NCBI GenBank assembly: GCA_002413705.1
Contig: DHXN01000011.1
Location: 162 to 64,161 of the forward strand
Source: Candidatus Nomurabacteria bacterium UBA5155
GTDB lineage: Bacteria > Patescibacteriota > Minisyncoccia > Phycocordibacterales > UBA9973
Direction: 5' to 3'
Length of the DNA: 64,000 bases
The position numbers and the translations under genes were made by a program. This document shows positions 59,921 to 64,000 of this stretch, piece by piece; position 1 is the first letter of the stretch, and each line of letters begins with the position of its first letter. The notes beneath the pieces are model-generated. The model was not told the DNA's origin and did no database searches. It worked only from the letters and a program-made list of their open reading frames with translations.

Positions 59921-60319
59921 TTATGCAATGGAAGTGATTTTCACTTTGATATATGGCTGACGATGACCATTTTTCTTCATGTAGCGGCTTTTCTGCTTGT
60001 ATTTGATCACGATCACTTTTGGAGCGCGGCCGATAACAGTAACTTCACCTGATACGATCACTCCATCAAGGAATGGTGTGCCAATGTTGGTAGTAGCACC
60101 ATCGTCAGTAAGCAACACTTCATTGAAAGAAACAATGTCGCCTTTAGTGCGTTCTTCCTTGAACTTTTCGATAGTGATGATGTCACCTACTGCTACACGG
60201 TACTGTTTACCACCAGTTTTGATAACTGCAAACATACCTTCTGAAGTCTTTTTTGCCTTAGCTGGAGTCTTTTTTACTGCAGTCTTTGCTGCTGGGGATG
60301 TTTTTGCTGTTGTTGCCAT
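59921..60319 (-). CDS. rplU: 50S ribosomal protein L21 with Ala/Lys-rich N-terminal extension
   Basis: MFAVIKTGGKQYRV...GHRQPYIKVKITSI. Confidence 0.9.
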   Translation of the reverse strand: MATTAKTSPAAKTAVKKTPAKAKKTSEGMFAVIKTGGKQYRVAVGDIITIEKFKEERTKGDIVSFNEVLLTDDGATTNIGTPFLDGVIVSGEVTVIGRAPKVIVIKYKQKSRYMKKNGHRQPYIKVKITSIA

Positions 60320-60358
60320 ATAAATATATTAGAACCACTAGTATACCGGTTTCTCGTG

Positions 60359-60402
60359 TTTTTGCAAGCACTTGCGGGCCAGCCCGCAAGTGCTTGCAAA
60401 AA
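60359..60402. promoter_or_regulatory. 44-nt perfect hairpin (21-bp stem) between divergent rplU and corA promoters
   Basis: TTTTTGCAAGCACTTGCGGGC-CA-GCCCGCAAGTGCTTGCAAAAA; right arm overlaps rplU -35 TTGCAA. Confidence 0.5.
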
Positions 60403-60459
60403 CCAATCCAACAGCGCAACTGTCTTATGGGTTAAATGAAAAAGTGCTATAATACCGCC

Positions 60460-61377
60460 ATGATTTCTCGTTATACGTATCACGGCCTAGCCTGGATTGA
60501 CCTCGAATCTCCAAATCGGGAGGAAATTCTCCATATTAGCGAAGAATTCAGCCTTTCAAAATTAGTTGAGGAGGAAATGTTTTCCGGCACTCTTCGATCA
60601 AAAGTTGATCTCTATGACAAATTCATTTATCTGATATTACACTTCCCTGTTTTCAATAAAAACAGCAATTTACGCAGCGATCAGGAATTGGACTTCATCA
60701 TTGGCAAACATTTTATCATTACCGTTCGATATGAGGTTGTTGAGCCTATACAGGCCTTTGCCGCATTGTTTGAAAATGTCGAGAAACTTGATCAGCATCA
60801 AAAAATAGCTGATGCCGGTGTAATGTTTATGGAAATGATGAAGCATCTCTACAAGGCTTCTGCAAAAGAACTGGATGATATCACCAGCCGCATCCCAGAA
60901 ATCGAACACAATATTTTCAATAACAAAGAAGAAGCTATGGTCAAGATTATTTCACAGACCAATCGCAAGTTGTTGGATTTTAAACAAGCCATCCGCTTCC
61001 ACAAAGATATTTTGCATTCATATGAAATAGTTAGTAAGCGTTTTTTTGGTGAAGACTATACCTACTATGCTGGACTGATTACTTCTGAATTTAACAAGGT
61101 AAATAACGTTCTTGAAGGCCACCATGATTTGTTGAAAGAATTGCAGCGCACCAATGATTCGTTACTTTCTGCCAAGTCAAACGAAATATTGCGAACATTC
61201 ACTATCTTGGCATTTATCATGCTGCCACTGACTCTCATTACTGGTATCTTTAGCATGAATACTATTCCTGGGTTGGTATTCATTAAAAACATCGCCGATT
61301 TTTACATTGTTATTGGTGCCATGACGTTGACCGGCATTGTCATGTTCATATTTTTCCGCATGCGAAAATGGATTTAA
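60460..61377 (+). CDS. corA: CorA-family divalent cation transporter (GMN replaced by SMN)
   Basis: Two C-terminal TM with LPLTLITGIFSMNT; leaderless: TATAAT 60448-60453 then ATG 60460. Confidence 0.8.
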   Translation: MISRYTYHGLAWIDLESPNREEILHISEEFSLSKLVEEEMFSGTLRSKVDLYDKFIYLILHFPVFNKNSNLRSDQELDFIIGKHFIITVRYEVVEPIQAFAALFENVEKLDQHQKIADAGVMFMEMMKHLYKASAKELDDITSRIPEIEHNIFNNKEEAMVKIISQTNRKLLDFKQAIRFHKDILHSYEIVSKRFFGEDYTYYAGLITSEFNKVNNVLEGHHDLLKELQRTNDSLLSAKSNEILRTFTILAFIMLPLTLITGIFSMNTIPGLVFIKNIADFYIVIGAMTLTGIVMFIFFRMRKWI

Positions 61378-62757
61378 ATGTTTATGAAACTCTATAATAC
61401 CAAGTCACGCACAATTGAAGATTTTGTTCCCATCAATGACAAAGTAGTCACGATGTATGCTTGCGGCCCTACTGTTTACGGCTACACGCACATCGGGCAT
61501 ATGCGCAAGTATATTGGCGATGACGTTTTGCGTCGCACGCTGTCATTGCTAGGGTACGAAGTGAAGCATGTCATGAATGTCACTGATGTCGGACATCTCA
61601 CTGGCGACCGTGACGAGACTGGTGAGGACAAAATGGAGAAGGGTGCCAAGAAGGAGAGCAAAACTGTGTGGGACATCGCGCAATTTTATACCGACTACTT
61701 CAATAACACCATGAGCAAGGTCAATGTTTTGTCACCGACTATCCAAGCCAAAGCCACCGACCACATTGCTGAAATGATCACACTGAACGAGCAGCTCGCT
61801 GCAAAAGGATTTGCGTATGAGACTGATCAGGCACTGTATTTCGATACCAGCAAGGACAGTCGCTACGGCGAGTTGTCAGGCCAGAAACTGTCCGACAAGG
61901 AAGTAGCGGTTCGTGATGACGTCATTATTGACCCTCAAAAGAAACACCCTGCTGATTTCTCCCTTTGGTTTAAGCGTGTGGGAAAATTTGCCGATCATGC
62001 CATGTATTGGCCCAGTCCATGGGGCGACGGTTTTCCTGGTTGGCATATTGAATGCTCCGCCATGGCCATGCACTATCTCGGAGAAACGATTGATATTCAT
62101 ACTGGTGGCATCGACCATATCCCCGTTCATCATGAGAACGAGATTGCTCAAAGTGAATGCGCTACCGGACATGACTTCGTCCACTATTGGGTACACTATG
62201 ATTTCTTGCTGGTGAATGGCGAAAAGATGGCCAAGAGCAAGCAGAATTTTTATACCGTCGACGATATTGTTGCGCACAACATAGACCCTATCGCTACTCG
62301 ATTGATGTTCATGCAAACCAACTATCGCAAGCCATTGAACTTCACCTGGGAATCTCTTGACGCTGCCGATCAGCAATTGAAAAAACTACAGAAATTTGCA
62401 GCCCATCATGAAGCAATTGGCACGATATCAGATACATACAAAAATAGTTTTGCAGAAGGACTGTCTGACGATTTAAATACTGCTAAAGCGTTGGCAATTG
62501 TATGGGAGTTACTTGGAGACAATAGTGTGTCTGAAGCTGACAAATGGGCAACACTATTGTATTTCGATCAGGTATTAGGATTGGATTTGAATGGTATTGA
62601 AAAATTCAGCATTTCAGTAGAAGCCCAAAAACTTTTGGAGATGCGTGATACTGCCCGCGCAGAAAAGGATTTTACTCAATCTGACGAATTGCGTCGGCAA
62701 TTGGAAGGACTTGGGTATGAAGTACTGGACACCGCTACTGGTACGAAATTGCAATAG
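61378..62757 (+). CDS. cysS: Cysteine--tRNA ligase
   Basis: HIGH (YTHIGH) and KMAKSKQN (KMSKS) motifs, Zn-binding Cys. Confidence 0.9.
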   Translation: MFMKLYNTKSRTIEDFVPINDKVVTMYACGPTVYGYTHIGHMRKYIGDDVLRRTLSLLGYEVKHVMNVTDVGHLTGDRDETGEDKMEKGAKKESKTVWDIAQFYTDYFNNTMSKVNVLSPTIQAKATDHIAEMITLNEQLAAKGFAYETDQALYFDTSKDSRYGELSGQKLSDKEVAVRDDVIIDPQKKHPADFSLWFKRVGKFADHAMYWPSPWGDGFPGWHIECSAMAMHYLGETIDIHTGGIDHIPVHHENEIAQSECATGHDFVHYWVHYDFLLVNGEKMAKSKQNFYTVDDIVAHNIDPIATRLMFMQTNYRKPLNFTWESLDAADQQLKKLQKFAAHHEAIGTISDTYKNSFAEGLSDDLNTAKALAIVWELLGDNSVSEADKWATLLYFDQVLGLDLNGIEKFSISVEAQKLLEMRDTARAEKDFTQSDELRRQLEGLGYEVLDTATGTKLQ

Positions 62758-62781
62758 CTCTATCATTTTGTTCTTATGTTA

Positions 62782-64000
62782 CTAGTCGTTTTTCGGTTTC
62801 AAAAGTGGAAACAGCTGCGTTTCGCGAAGTGGCTTGTCTACCAGAAAGGCAAAGAATCGCTCGCCCATGCCAAATCCAAAGGCTGGCGGCATGCCATGCT
62901 CGAGCATTTCCACAAATTCGTCGTCAGACATCATGGCTTCCCCGTCTCCTTCCTCGATCAATTTCTTTTGTACTGCAAAACGCTCTGCCTGATCGATTGG
63001 ATCATTCAATTCAGAAAAACCATTACTACATTCTGCTCCAGCTAAAATAAGTTGCACGCGCTCCGTCAGAAGAGGATTTTCAGGTTTGGCTTTTGCGAGC
63101 GGCGAGACGAGCTTTGGAATATCCACCAGCCAGACAGGACCACTGATTTGCTTGCGGCAATATTTCCACAATGTATCCGTTAAACGCTCGCGATTGGTAC
63201 CTTCATAGGTCACGCCAAGTTCAGTCAGTTTTGACTTCATAGTATCTTCAGTGGCAGTCAAAACATCCAATCCGGTCATTTCTTTTATGGTTTCAACATA
63301 CGCAATACGTTTCCATGTTTCTTCTGAAAGATCAAACGTGTGTCCGCGTGTTGTAAACTGCAATGTCCCAAATGTTTCTTGAACAACTTTTTTAATCATG
63401 CGTTCTGTCAGTTCAATACCTTTGTTGTAGTCCATGTATGCGGCGTAAAATTCAATATTGGTGAATTCTTGCAAATGCTCCGGACTTGAACCTTCATTGC
63501 GATAGACACGGCCAATTTCAAACGTGCGGGGAAAGCCTGCTGCCAGCAAACGCTTCTGCCATAATTCTCCGACAGAGATGCGGAGGTACACATTCATGGC
63601 AAAGTCATTATGAAATGACTGAAATGGCCGAGCCTCCGCGCCGCCTGTGGTTACTTCCAATGTTGGTGTTTCCACTTCCAAAAATCCTTCAGTGATCAAA
63701 AAGTTTCTAATAGTCTGCCAAAATTTTGCTTTCTTGATAAAAAGATCTCGCAGATCAGTATTTTGCAAAATATCCAAATATCGTCGGCGATATCGCTCTT
63801 CATCATCTTTCAAGCCATACCATGCGTCAGGAATCGGTCGCAATGTCTTGGCAAGCATATTCCAACCACTGACAAAAATACTCTGCGCGCCACGCTGCGT
63901 CACATATGCGATACCGCTAATCTCTACAAAGTCACCGATATCCACTGTGTCATTGAAAAGCGTATATGCTTCTCCATCCATTTCATCGGCTTTCAAAAAA
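62782..64000 (-). CDS. lysS: Lysine--tRNA ligase, class II (N-terminus beyond window end)
   Basis: Class II motifs FVEVETPTL, FEIGRVYRNEG, anticodon-binding N-domain partially present. Confidence 0.9.
   Translation of the reverse strand, partial: FLKADEMDGEAYTLFNDTVDIGDFVEISGIAYVTQRGAQSIFVSGWNMLAKTLRPIPDAWYGLKDDEERYRRRYLDILQNTDLRDLFIKKAKFWQTIRNFLITEGFLEVETPTLEVTTGGAEARPFQSFHNDFAMNVYLRISVGELWQKRLLAAGFPRTFEIGRVYRNEGSSPEHLQEFTNIEFYAAYMDYNKGIELTERMIKKVVQETFGTLQFTTRGHTFDLSEETWKRIAYVETIKEMTGLDVLTATEDTMKSKLTELGVTYEGTNRERLTDTLWKYCRKQISGPVWLVDIPKLVSPLAKAKPENPLLTERVQLILAGAECSNGFSELNDPIDQAERFAVQKKLIEEGDGEAMMSDDEFVEMLEHGMPPAFGFGMGERFFAFLVDKPLRETQLFPLLKPKND

Noticed and set aside
1-64000. CRISPR arrays, transposases, integrases, rRNA, prophage structural genes
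   Set aside because: No direct-repeat/spacer periodicity and no recognisable mobile-element or rRNA signatures were seen

Overview
The window is a compact, gene-dense bacterial segment with low-to-moderate GC. Most genes are housekeeping: translation (gatB, aspS, trpS, cysS, lysS, prfA, obg, ribosomal proteins L25, L31, L9, L27, L21, tRNA-Ile); central carbon metabolism (gap, rpiB, rpe, split transketolase, pfkB kinase, class II aldolase, FAD oxidase); and a cell-envelope block (murG-ftsW-mraY, scpA/B, ctp, lytic transglycosylase). Several genes start directly after a -10 box, which implies leaderless transcripts. The Gram-positive (Cheo-type) SOS box, split transketolase and short non-discriminating-type AspRS paired with GatB fit a reduced-genome Gram-positive-like or CPR-like organism; this is an inference. 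Accessory-looking, AT-richer islets hold the most unusual content. The top candidate is an OmpR/histidine-kinase pair coupled to a ~620-aa cytoplasmic protein with class II terpene-cyclase-like motifs (DDLDDTC, QxxxGxW repeats, DDxxD), followed by a Thr-rich micro-membrane protein, a YihY protein and a pair of ABC exporters. Next is a textbook LexA-regulated promoter driving two translationally coupled small ORFs and then lexA. Third is a perfect 18-bp palindrome bridging the divergent starts of a sugar kinase and the aldolase. Lower-ranked findings are an FMN-binding protein/ApbE extracytosolic flavinylation pair, a secreted coiled-coil lytic transglycosylase, and a 44-bp perfect hairpin between rplU and corA. 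No CRISPR array, transposase, integrase or rRNA was found. Coordinates come from the ORF track, with starts adjusted where homology or context gave a better start; some may be off by 1-3 nt.
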